From an uncultured virus (IMG/VR IMGVR_UViG_3300038345_000178) (Duplodnaviria > Heunggongvirae > Uroviricota > Caudoviricetes): 64,000 bases of DNA. The notes below the pieces were generated by a model. It searched no databases and was not told the origin of the DNA. It was given only the letters and a program-made list of their open reading frames with translations. The position numbers and the translations under genes were made by a program. Shown in pieces: positions 46,664 to 56,793 of the stretch. Every line of letters starts with the position of its first letter. Position 1 is the first letter of the stretch. The DNA lies in IMG/VR virus record IMGVR_UViG_3300038345_000178; one strand, written 5' to 3'.

Positions 46664-47879
46664 TAAATGGATGAGGGCGGCAGTTCCCGCCCTCCTAATT
46701 CACTGTTCTATTGGTACTGTATATTGTTGGTCAACATTTAAAGAAGCAATAGCTAAACAAATTGAAATGTCACCATTTGCTGTTGGTTGGGCATTTTCTT
46801 TAGCAATTTTCTTTCTTGGAATGTCTGCTGCATTTGCTGGTAAATTAGTTGAAAAAAATATTCATAAAAGTTCATTAATTTCTTGTATTTGTTTTTCAAC
46901 AGGAATGATAGGAACAGGACTGTCCATTCTTTTCTTAAAAGGATGGATGGCACTAATTGGAATTTATTTATGTTACGGCTGTATAATGGGCATTGGACTT
47001 GGTATTGGATATTTAACGCCAGTAAAAACTTTAATGTTATGGTTTAATAAAAATAAAGGTCTTGCTACAGGTATTTCGATTATGGGTTTTGGTTTGGCAA
47101 AAGCAATAGCAACCCCAATTATGGAAATGCTTCAAACTAATTTTGGCATAGTTCCAATGTTTATTATTTTAGGATTATTTTATTTAATTGTAATGTTTAT
47201 AGGACACTTACTTTTAAAGAAACCAAATGGATGGGTTGAAACAGTCACAAAAGAAAAAGAATCTATTTTTAAAATGTTTAAAAAAAGAGAATTTCTTGGA
47301 ATTTGGTTAATGTTTTATATTAATATTCATTGTGGTTTAATGATTATTTCTTATGAGAAACAGATATTAAACACAGCCTTTATTGCAGTAGCTGCCTTAG
47401 CTACAATTATAAGCGTTGTTCCATCTTGCACAGCCATCGCGAATGCTTTAGGTAGAATAGGATATTCTACTGTATCAGATAAATGCAAACAAAGAAATAC
47501 AATTTATAAAATTATTTTTATTAGTTGTATAATCATTTCTATTTTAATGATAAGCACTAATGCGATTAATGGAGCCAATTCATTTATATTAGGAGCTTTA
47601 GTTATTACCTATCTTTTAATTATAAATGCAGGATACGGCGGTGGATTTTCTACTTTACCTGCTCTTTTATCTGAAAGATTTGGTATGTTAAAAATTTCAC
47701 AAATTCATGGATTAGCGCTATCAGCATGGGCGGTAGCAGGTATTACAGGTAATAATACATCTGAAATTATTTTAAATCTTACAGGTGGAAATTATCAAAT
47801 TGTTTTAATTACCGCAACCATTTTATACACAATAGCTTTAGGATTCTGTATTTTCTTAGTAAGGAAGAAAAAAACATGA
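46653..47879 (+). CDS. MFS transporter, oxalate/formate antiporter (OFA)-like
   Basis: About 12 hydrophobic helices; SIGTVYCWS, GIGLGIGYLTPVKTLMLWF...KGLATG, GRIGYSTVSD, YGGGFSTLPA. Confidence 0.85.
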   Translation: MMNNKWMRAAVPALLIHCSIGTVYCWSTFKEAIAKQIEMSPFAVGWAFSLAIFFLGMSAAFAGKLVEKNIHKSSLISCICFSTGMIGTGLSILFLKGWMALIGIYLCYGCIMGIGLGIGYLTPVKTLMLWFNKNKGLATGISIMGFGLAKAIATPIMEMLQTNFGIVPMFIILGLFYLIVMFIGHLLLKKPNGWVETVTKEKESIFKMFKKREFLGIWLMFYINIHCGLMIISYEKQILNTAFIAVAALATIISVVPSCTAIANALGRIGYSTVSDKCKQRNTIYKIIFISCIIISILMISTNAINGANSFILGALVITYLLIINAGYGGGFSTLPALLSERFGMLKISQIHGLALSAWAVAGITGNNTSEIILNLTGGNYQIVLITATILYTIALGFCIFLVRKKKT

Positions 47880-48358
47880 GAATTGCAGGATTATTAAAAA
47901 ACGATTTTGCAAATGGACAAGGAGTTTGCGTTTCATTATTTGTCCAGGGCTGTCCACATAGATGCCCTGGATGCCATAATCCTGAAACATGGGATTTTAA
48001 TGGCGGGGAACCAGAACCATATGATATAAAAGGGCAAATTATTAAAGCTATTTGTGCAAATGGAATTGTTCGTAATTTTTCCGTGCTTGGAGGAGAACCA
48101 TTATGTCCAGAAAATGTAAAAGAAATAAGTAGCATTATTGCTGGCATCCGAATGGCATATCCTTCAATAAAAATTTTTGTATGGACGGGTTATACATTAG
48201 AAGAATTAAAAAATAGAAATGATGAATATGTTGAAAATATACTATCACATATAAATGTTTTAATTGATGGAAAATTTATTCAAGCAGAACGAGATATTAC
48301 CCTTCCTTTAAGAGGAAGTACTAATCAAAGAATATTATACAAAAACATTGATTTTTAA
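47876..48358 (+). CDS. nrdG: Anaerobic RNR activating enzyme (radical SAM)
   Basis: GCPHRCPGCHNPETW, LGGEP, WTGY, RGSTNQR. Confidence 0.92.
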   Translation: MRIAGLLKNDFANGQGVCVSLFVQGCPHRCPGCHNPETWDFNGGEPEPYDIKGQIIKAICANGIVRNFSVLGGEPLCPENVKEISSIIAGIRMAYPSIKIFVWTGYTLEELKNRNDEYVENILSHINVLIDGKFIQAERDITLPLRGSTNQRILYKNIDF

Positions 48359-48404
48359 TAAAATTTTTGTTATAATAAATTTAGAGTTAAAGGAGAAAAA
48401 GTAA

Positions 48405-48818
48405 ATGAAAGCTCATATTTCAGAAGAAGAAAAACAATATAAAACTATTACTTTAGGTAACTTATACGAGCTTAATAAACAAGCTTTAGCAAAAAACAAT
48501 TCACTTACAGAAGAAGAAATCAACACTATTAAACCAAAAATAGAAGAATGGTTTAATTGGCAAATAGATGGATATGCAATTCTATTATGTAGAGAAAGAT
48601 ATGATTTTACTATTTTTCATCTTTATGAAAAAGCAAATCCAAATCCACCAGCGGTTGCTGTCTCTGAACTCATTGAAACTTTAAACAACAGAGGGCAAGT
48701 TTTATCAATAGAAAAAGATACTACAAATAATAAAGCATGGGAAATTTGGATAAAAATTGAAAATGAAATTTTTGCATATTATTTATTTAATTGTGATGAT
48801 TGGGTTATTGAGTGTTAA
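48405..48818 (+). CDS. Hypothetical phage protein
   Basis: Track ORF with promoter (48348-48376) and AAGGAG RBS. Confidence 0.7.
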   Translation: MKAHISEEEKQYKTITLGNLYELNKQALAKNNSLTEEEINTIKPKIEEWFNWQIDGYAILLCRERYDFTIFHLYEKANPNPPAVAVSELIETLNNRGQVLSIEKDTTNNKAWEIWIKIENEIFAYYLFNCDDWVIEC

Positions 48819-48836
48819 TTAAGGAGGTAAAAACTT

Positions 48837-49097
48837 ATGAAAAAAATTGTAGGAGTTTTACAGCCTTTTGATGCAATGCAAAAAATCTTTGTTTATGAAC
48901 AGGGTCATCAAATTAATTCAAAAGAATGTTCATTAGAATAGCTTCCAAAAGCATTATTTATTTTTTCTAATTGGTATGAAACAGATACAATTAATTTATT
49001 TGGACCTGCTTTTTTTGTAGACAAAGTTAAACAAAATATAGATATTGAATCAATGAAAGAATATGGTTATAAAAAATTGAATATTATAAAAGTGTAA
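48837..49097 (+). CDS. Hypothetical protein, TAG at 48939; absent from the track
   Basis: AAGGAGGT RBS; MKKIVGVLQPFD...CSLE*LPKAL...; fills the gap between its neighbours. Confidence 0.7.
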
Positions 49098-49112
49098 AAG
49101 GAGAATAAAAAT

Positions 49113-49376
49113 ATGTCAAAATATTTAATTAACAGAGTAGATACTTTCAGGGTTGATACAGAAACAGAAGCAAAAAATTTTGTAGAACAGCTTAAAAAAG
49201 GTGACGGAGAAGTTATAAAACATTCTATCGAATATAAAGAACAAAAATCAAAAGGCGAAGTTATTCAAAGTTGGTATAGACTTGTTATAAAACGTCAGTA
49301 TAATGACGAAAAAGAACCTGATTATATTTACGAAGACGAAACTATGGATTGGACTTCAAAATCTGATGAAAATTAA
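49113..49376 (+). CDS. Hypothetical protein
   Basis: Track ORF with AAGGAG RBS. Confidence 0.7.
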   Translation: MSKYLINRVDTFRVDTETEAKNFVEQLKKGDGEVIKHSIEYKEQKSKGEVIQSWYRLVIKRQYNDEKEPDYIYEDETMDWTSKSDEN

Positions 49377-49390
49377 GGAGCAATTCAAAT

Positions 49391-49630
49391 ATGAATATTC
49401 CTGTAAAAATTTTAAATGAATATGCACACCTTCCTACAAGAGGAAGTGAGTATGCGGCAGGTTATGATTTATATGCTGCAATTGAAAAAACTATTGTAAT
49501 TTTACCACATTCAACTATAAAGATCGGAACTGGATTGGCTTTTGAATTGCCAAAAGATACATTTGCTGCAATTTTTGCAAGGTCAGGGCTTGCAACTAAA
49601 GAGGGATTAAGACCTGCAAATTGTGTCGGT
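49391..49630 (+). CDS. dut: dUTPase, exon 1
   Basis: AAGYDL, ARSGLA, NCVG. Confidence 0.9.
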
Positions 49631-49669
49631 GAATAAAAAAATTTTTTTGATTATTTTGGGGACTATTTT

Positions 49670-49706
49670 GGACAAAATTAAATCACTCTTTATATATATT
49701 TTTTAT
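49670..49706 (+). promoter_or_regulatory. Candidate late-promoter motif inside the dut intron
   Basis: GGACAA-N24-TTTTTAT. Confidence 0.55.
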
Positions 49707-49738
49707 ATATAATAGAAAAAAATAAGGAAGGTTTACAA

Positions 49739-50563
49739 ATGTCTAAAAAAATTGATTGGGGATCTAATGAAGATTTTATTAAAAAATACGAAGAATTAAA
49801 AAGCTCTCGAAAAATGGGAGAATATTATAATTGTAATAAAACATCGGTATTAAATCATGCAAAAGCTATTGGATATGATGTTAATAGTAATAAACAATAT
49901 AAATTATCTCTACAAGATAAAAAAGATATTATTAAAAATTATAACATTAAAACTTCAAACCAATTAGCAAAGTAGTATAATGTATCAAGGGGTATGATTA
50001 CTAAAATATGGTATGATAATAATTTATTTGGAAAATAGACAAAATCCAATCCATATTTTATAAATCTTGTAAATCAAGTCTTTGGAAAATGGACTGTAAT
50101 TGCATTGTCTGAAAAAAGAGCTAACAATGGTGGCTTATATTGGCATTGCCGATGTTAGTGCGGAAAAGAAAAAGATGTATTAGGACTATCTTTAAAAACA
50201 GGACGAAGTTTAAGTTGTGGTAATCATTCTAATATTTCAAAAGGTAATGTAAAAATATCAGAAATACTAGATGAAGCAGGCATTAATTATGAAATAGAAA
50301 AAAAATTTAGTTCATGTAAAGATAAAACATACTTACCATTTGATTTTTATGTTAATAATAAATATTTAATTGAATATGATGGAGAACAGCATTACGATCA
50401 AAAATCTATATTTGATTATGAATATACTCATAAACATGATTTAATAAAATCTCAATGGTGTAAAGAAAATAAAATCCCATTAATAAGAATCCCCTATACT
50501 AGATATAAGGATCTTTGTTTAGAAGATTTATTATTGAATACTAGTAAATATATAGAAAAATAA
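49739..50563 (+). CDS. Intron-encoded Vsr/DUF559-like (EDxHD-type) endonuclease with a Cys-rich domain, 3 TAGs
   Basis: WHCRC*CG...SCG; PFDFY...IEYDGEQH...HDLIK...LIRIPY. TAGs at 49973, 50036, 50156. Confidence 0.8.
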
Positions 50564-50792
50564 ACGCCGACAATAAATCGCGGAATTAAGCAGGAAGGCT
50601 AAGTTATAAAAAATTTATAATAAGCTAATCTGAACCGAAGGATATAAAGATTATATTCAGGGGCAACGCATAGTAGGTGAAAAGATATAACCCTACCAAG
50701 AGGCCGCGACATTTATAAAAATGAAAAGATATGCTGAACTTATAGGAAACTATAAGAACTAAAAGATAAAAAACTTTTAGGATAACAAAATG

Positions 50793-50984
50793 GTTTGTGA
50801 TAGCGATTATCGTGGAGAATATATAGTAGCAATACATAATGACACTGATGAGCCACAAGTTATAACACCAAAAGAAAGAATAGCTCAAATGGTATTACTG
50901 CCATTTATTCCAATGGAATTTACAAAATTGGAAAATCTCTCTGAAACAAACAGGGGCTCAGGCGGCTTTGGTTCAACTGATTAA
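50793..50984 (+). CDS. dut: dUTPase, exon 2
   Basis: DSDYRGE, ERIAQ, RGSGGFGST. Confidence 0.9.
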   Translation, partial: VCDSDYRGEYIVAIHNDTDEPQVITPKERIAQMVLLPFIPMEFTKLENLSETNRGSGGFGSTD

Positions 50985-50995
50985 AATAATAAAAT

Positions 50996-51031
50996 AAAGA
51001 GCAGATGATTTAATAACCATCTGCTCTTTTT
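50996..51031. terminator. Bidirectional terminator at the convergence of the two modules
   Basis: AAAGAGCAGATG...CATCTGCTCTTT. Confidence 0.75.
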
Positions 51032-51617
51032 ATTTATCTGCTTTTTGTACAATTTTTGGAATAGGAGTTTCAACTAGCTCATTTGTATTAATATCTCTTC
51101 CGCCATTTGCATATCTAGCAAAATCAATAACATCCTTAAATAAAGCTGGATCGAAATTATTAAGAATATTTGCCATTGTCTCTGCCTGTTCTGGTAAATT
51201 TTCAATAAAATTTGTGATAATCCCCGCAGCAGTTCCACGGTCTTTTTCAAATGTTTCCACCATATCAGTCATTTGTTTAAATAAATCCTCATATTCAGAA
51301 ACTTCCATAGCTGAATAAAATAACTCAAAAAATCCATTGCTTTTTAATGTATCATAAAGTTTAAATTCATCTTCTCTTTGTTTATCTGTAAATGAGATAT
51401 TGGTATACATATATACAAGATTTAATTCAAAATAAAGATTTAATTTAAATGCATTATAAACATTACCTTCTAATGATTTTTGCAATGTTATCATTAACAA
51501 ATCATACTTATCCTGTGCAGGTAAATATTTTAATACTTCAATTTTTTGTTCGCAAAAATCAAATGTATTTACTGAAGTATTAGTTTTCAATTTCATATTT
51601 GCATATGATACTTTCAT
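51030..51617 (-). CDS. Hypothetical protein
   Basis: Track ORF with AGGAG RBS and its own TTGACT-17-TATAAT promoter (51675-51647). Confidence 0.7.
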   Translation of the reverse strand: MKVSYANMKLKTNTSVNTFDFCEQKIEVLKYLPAQDKYDLLMITLQKSLEGNVYNAFKLNLYFELNLVYMYTNISFTDKQREDEFKLYDTLKSNGFFELFYSAMEVSEYEDLFKQMTDMVETFEKDRGTAAGIITNFIENLPEQAETMANILNNFDPALFKDVIDFARYANGGRDINTNELVETPIPKIVQKADK

Positions 51618-51671
51618 TGAACTCGCTCCTTTTGTCTCTTTTTTTTATTATAACAAAAATTTTTATAAAAG

Positions 51672-53429
51672 TCAATTTTGTTTAGCTCTAATAGCAGCGT
51701 ATTGTTGTGCAATTTTATGTAAATGAAGTGTAGCATTAATTACTGCAGCATTAATATCATTAAATACAACTCTAGCTCTATACCAAGCTGCACCTATATC
51801 TTTTCTTTTTAATGCTGCCGAACCTCTAACCCGTTTCTTAGAGTTTCCCTAATACCACTGATTCAAAAACATCCAATTTTCATTTATTTTTATTTTTGTT
51901 TGTCCCACATTTTGGCGGCTTGTTAACTTTTTAGTTTTTTTAAGATTTCTCTATAAATAAAAATTTACATATTGTGTAAATAGGTCTTTTGTAAATTTAT
52001 CATCTTTAATAAATTTAAATAGCTCCCATATAGAAATTAGTTCCCCATTTGCTAAAATATGCGTAGAAAAATCAATTTTTCGTCCTTTATTAGAATCACT
52101 TCCAGTAGAAAACAATCGAAACAGTTGTCTTTGCATCATTATTCTTGCAAAAGACTAAGATAATCCAACAAAAGTAAGATAGTTATAAATATTATACCTT
52201 GTTTTCTAATCATAATTCATTGCATCAAAAAATTCTAATAAAGAGCCTCCGCTACCACTATTAACATCTATAGCTCCACCCTTCAAACCCTTCAATGTCC
52301 ATGCTTGCGTTTTTAAAAACTTAACAGATGCTTGTAACGATACAGATAGTTCATATTCCTTATCTTCTATCTTTAATGTAATATATTTTCCTGGAATGGT
52401 TATATCAGTTTTAAAAGTATTTTTATTATTCGGGTAATGTTTATTCTAAGTTTGTGTCTTTCCTGAAAAAACATAATTAAGCGCAGTATTAACCTAATTA
52501 AGTCCATTATTAATTAAAGCATCTCTTTTTATTGCAGTTATCTATCCCATTTCTGTACTAAAAAGATCTTGTTGTAAAGTTTGTGATATTGAATTTGTTA
52601 ATTTAAATGCATCATTAATACCAGTTTTCGAGGTATCTCGTACAAAATCATGAACTTTAGTCATAATTGTTTTAAAATATTCTAATCCTTGTTTATATTC
52701 AGAGTCTGTTACAACAGAACCATCAGAAGAATTTAATTGTTTTAAGAAATTTTCTAACAACTCTTTGGATGTACTCTTACCTTTGTCCTTTGCATTTTTT
52801 AAGGCATCGTTTAAAAAAGTTGAAAAAGCAATATTACCGCTACCCTTTTCCATTTCTTCAACAATATTAATTATAGGTTGAATAAATTTATTCTATAAAT
52901 TTTCTACAGAATCTCTTATTGTAGGAATAACTGTTTCTGCAACCTTATTTAATGGGCCCAAGTCTTCTCGATATATTCTATGTGCTTCTTTCCGATCAAA
53001 ATTCAAAGCATCTAATAATGCCATTCCAAAAGCTTCATTTAATGAATCTAACAATTGCTAACTACCCTATTGGGTTACAAGACTAAGTGCTGCAGCATCT
53101 TCTGGTGAAAGCTTAGATAATGAAAACTTAGATAATAATGCATTTTTATAATCATTTTGAGCTAAAGATGCGGCTGTTCCTTCTTCATCATTTAAAAATT
53201 CCACTCCATTAAATGGAGTTTCATTTCCTTGTAATCCAGATTGATTATAATGCTATTGTAAAAAATGAATATAAATAAGATTTCCCATAGCAGTGTTTCT
53301 TGCCCCAGAAGCAAATTTTCCTAGCATACCAGCATTTGGACTACCCCAACCGCTATTTTTAAATTTTGCAATTCCGACTTTTCCAGCTCCTCCAAAGTTA
53401 ATTCCACCAGAGCTCCTTTTTAATGACAC
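51672..53429 (-). CDS. Hypothetical ~585-aa protein with multiple TAGs
   Basis: GAGGTG RBS, GTG 53429. Track fragments 52542..52853 and 51951..52139 are in this frame and end in TAG; the gene ends at TGA. Confidence 0.7.
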
Positions 53430-53445
53430 TTTTTCTCACCTCTTA

Positions 53446-53476
53446 AAAAGGCGGCGAAGCATCCGCCCCGCCGCCA
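53446..53476 (-). terminator. Terminator after the major tail gene
   Basis: GGCGGCG...CGCCGCC hairpin with a TTTT tail on the minus strand. Confidence 0.7.
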
Positions 53477-53498
53477 TAATTTTTAAACTATTTAGTTA

Positions 53499-55334
53499 TT
53501 AATCACGGTACTCTACTGGAGTTGAATCATTCTTAGACTCTTCAATTATTCCCGCAGGATGCCCAAAAACAGTTTTTGGTGGTTTCTCTACACTGTCTAC
53601 GTCATCTACAATTTGAATTGCACAAAGCACTTTTTTACTCTTATCAAAATAAGTGTAACCAGGCATAGCGTCCATAGTAAATGAAAATGTACTTGGATCT
53701 CCTGTTGGAGCCATTGAGAATGTAAAGTTTGATTGAATTTTTACATTTGGGAATGTAATATTTGCAGGCAAGTCTTTGCCATCGCTTTGACGTCTAAATA
53801 AAGTATCTGCTTCTACATAATAATATCCAGCAAAATTCTCAGCATCAATTTGAAGCTCAGAAATTGTAGCTGCTTTCTTGGTTACATAATAATCAAGAAC
53901 AACTGCTTGTCCAGCTGTATCTCCAATTGCTAAGAAGTTTTGATATGCTAAAGCTTTATTTTCATATGCAACCCTACCTAATCCGCCAGGACCTCTATAA
54001 AGTGTACCAGTTGCGCCAGCAATTGCAGCCTCTGTTTCAAGCTCAATTGGCTGTCCATCTCTAAATACATAATATTTTGGACCACTAGCGTTTGCAGATG
54101 GTTTAAATACAGCTTTTATTACATCTGGCATAACACTATAAGCGCTATTTAAAATATATTGAGCATAGTATTTATAGTTATAATAACGCAATGCTGCTTG
54201 AATTGTTAAAAATTCTATAATTGTGGCTAAAGCCGCAGTTTTTGCTGATGCCTCAGCATTTTCATCAATAAAAGTGTTATATGCATTGCTTGCTGCGATA
54301 ACTTCTGACCTCATAGTTGCAGTAGTTTTTTGTACTTTAGCTTTATTTGCAAGTACGCTACTTGGAGAAAGAGAAGCCTCTGTAACAGTAAAGGCAGTTG
54401 GGAAAGAAGACGCATCTTCTTGAGTAAAATCAACTTTAAATTTTGTAAAGTTATAAGGAAGAACTAATGCAGAACCATCAACCGCATCTATAAAAGAGTC
54501 TCTTGGCTAATTAAAATACAAAACATTACTTGTACCAAATAAATTTACTAATTGCTGTCTAAAAGCAGAAGTTGTATCAGTATAAAAACCATAGCCAGCA
54601 TCGTCCCTTGTTAAAGATGCTACTGGCATTGGCTCTGCATAAGACCAGTCTAATGGGTTTTCAGAACTAGTAGAAGTTGCTAAAACAGCTACTTCATTCC
54701 ATGCTTTAAAACGTTTCTTTGCCTCAATATTAGATTCTCCTGCCTTCTTTTTTTCGGGGAAGGGCACTGTAGCAATTTCTGACATACCAACCCCACTAGT
54801 AATAGAAGAAGCAGAAACTCCTTTTAATACAAGTTTTTGATTATTAGTAGGATCAATAATATAATTACCCTGAACAATGTCTCCTGTTAGATCGCCATAT
54901 TTATCTGTTTTTAAAATAAAGAATGGGGCATTTATATCAATAGTTTCATTTTCTTCTAATGCATTTGTTAAATCCAACGAGCCATCTTCTGCAGAAGCTA
55001 CAAGAGCAGTTGTTTGATGGAAATGCATAAGCTTTTCTGAATCCGCTTTTGATTTAATAAGTCCGGCACCAGATAACATAGCAAAACTAATTGGTGATAA
55101 TAAAGCATCTTCAACAGTAAAAGTTAAAGTCTTTTCACCTTCCCAAGCAATTAAACGAGTATTTCCACGTCCGCCTTGTGCATACACTGTCGTAGCTGAA
55201 CCTTCCATACTTGAAGTTTTTGCTGTATCAATATAAAGAACCGGTTGCCCCTTTGTTACTTTAATATCACCGAAATACTGAGTTTGAGTTGCTCTAAAAA
55301 CAACATTACATATTTCACGAACACCAAATTTCAT
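53499..55334 (-). CDS. Major tail (tube) protein, 611 aa, single TAG at 54507-54509
   Basis: MKFGVREICNVVF...YAQGGRGN and C-terminal KIQSNFTFSMAPTGDPSTFSFTMD. The two track ORFs share a frame with no TAA/TGA between them. Confidence 0.75.
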
Positions 55335-56104
55335 ATTAAGGTTTCCTCCTTGTTAAAATTATTATTCTATGAGTGGATGTCTTTTAACCAATCTTCTGGA
55401 TCTTTTAAACCAGTTGCCCCGGCAATTTTTAGTTGTAACCATTGTTCATTTGCCTTATATAACATAAATCGATTAAATTCATCCATTAATTGATAAATTG
55501 TATAATCCATAATTTCATTTATACTTTTATTTTTTGCAGCCGCAATGATAGATATATATCTACTAAAAAAAGAAACCTTATCTTGTTTAGGCCCCAGCTA
55601 TGCCTTTTTCTTTTGTCCTCTTTTTATTTGATCTGCAATTTTTTTAGCTAAAGCTCCACTTGGATCATACTATTTATTTTCTTGATTTAAACAAAACATA
55701 TCTTTCAATATTTTTAAAAAAATATCAAAATTATTATTATTAATTTCTCCATTCTCATTAGTTTTTTCATTTATTAACATAATTTTTCCATCAGATAAAA
55801 TAATTTTACTTGTAGGAAATAAAATGCTAAATAAAGATAAAACATTATTTTTTGTTTTTTGAGATTCTACACTTTTCTTTTCTGTTAACAAAGCAAAAAT
55901 TAATTGAAAATTAGAATAATTAGCTAATGATTCGGCCTCTGATACACTTAGGGCATCTTTATCAAATTTTAAAGTTTCATAAGCAATCCAAAAAGTTTTT
56001 TCAGTAATATATGCAATTTCTTTTAGGGAGGGCTGATGAATTATAACCTAACCCTATAAAAAAGGAATATCATTTCCAGATATCAATAATAATTCATCAA
56101 CCAT
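55331..56104 (-). CDS. Hypothetical morphogenesis-region protein with TAGs
   Basis: MVDELLLISGNDIPF...HQPSLKEIAYI...YTIYQLMDEFNRF...WLKDIHS*. Read-through ends at a TGA overlapping the next ATG. Confidence 0.7.
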
Positions 56105-56768
56105 TGTTTGTATTATTATCCTCATTCTAATCTTTGATAGAAGAAATTTCATTCCAGCCCTAATCTGTTTTTTCAATCCAACCATGTCTACTAGGTAATA
56201 AATCATCTGTTCCATGAATTGCATTAAAAATTAAACTATAACCAGTTAAATTTTCATCTAATATTAATTCTACACAGCTTTGAAATTGAAAAGTTCCAAT
56301 TCCAGAAAGCTTAGTATTATTTAAAATAGCATCAATATAACCACAAATTTTTAATGGACGTATTTTAAAACCGCCTAAATCCCATTGATCACTATTACAT
56401 ATAATATCAATTACAAGTACACAATCTCGGAACTGTGGATTAGTAGCATTTGGGAAAAAATTATCAAAAGAAAACATTAAGTAAGTTTTTACTTTTTCAT
56501 GTTCTTGCATTTGGATTTTTGGTTCCCATCTAATATAACCCTATTCTTTTAATTTTGACAATGTCATATCTTTTATAAGCTTATTATATAAAAGACTATT
56601 TGAATCTTCTAAAGCATCTTTTGTATTTATTACTAATAACTTTTTTAATTCAGTGCTATAAGGCTCACTCTAAAGAAATAATTTTCTTAAAATTTTTTCT
56701 AAATCATTTTCGCATGACAAAAAAGATGAAGTAAAATCTAATGGTTTCATAATTAAATCTTTTCTCAT
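56097..56768 (-). CDS. Putative tail completion/terminator protein with TAGs
   Basis: AGGAG RBS; MRKDL...SSFLSCENDLEKILRKLFL*SEPYS...KLSGIGTFQF. Function inferred from position. Confidence 0.65.
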
Positions 56769-56793
56769 ATGTTTTGCCTCTCCTTTTATATCC

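Larger units (their letters stand above)
49631..50792 (+). mobile_element. Group I intron in dut with its endonuclease ORF in the P1 loop
   Basis: Exon end UGUCGGU pairs with GCCGACA at 50566-50572; P3 TCGCGG/CCGCGA; P7 GCATA/TATGC; terminal G. Splicing restores NCVG-VCDSDYRGE (dUTPase motif 3). Confidence 0.88.

Noticed and set aside
37273..50984. Inteins or natively split genes for dnaE, nrdD and dut
   Set aside because: The inserts contain stops, lack intein terminal residues, and show U-G P1 pairing, P3/P7 elements and a terminal G. Track starts at 39581, 45088 and 50790 are therefore not real gene starts.
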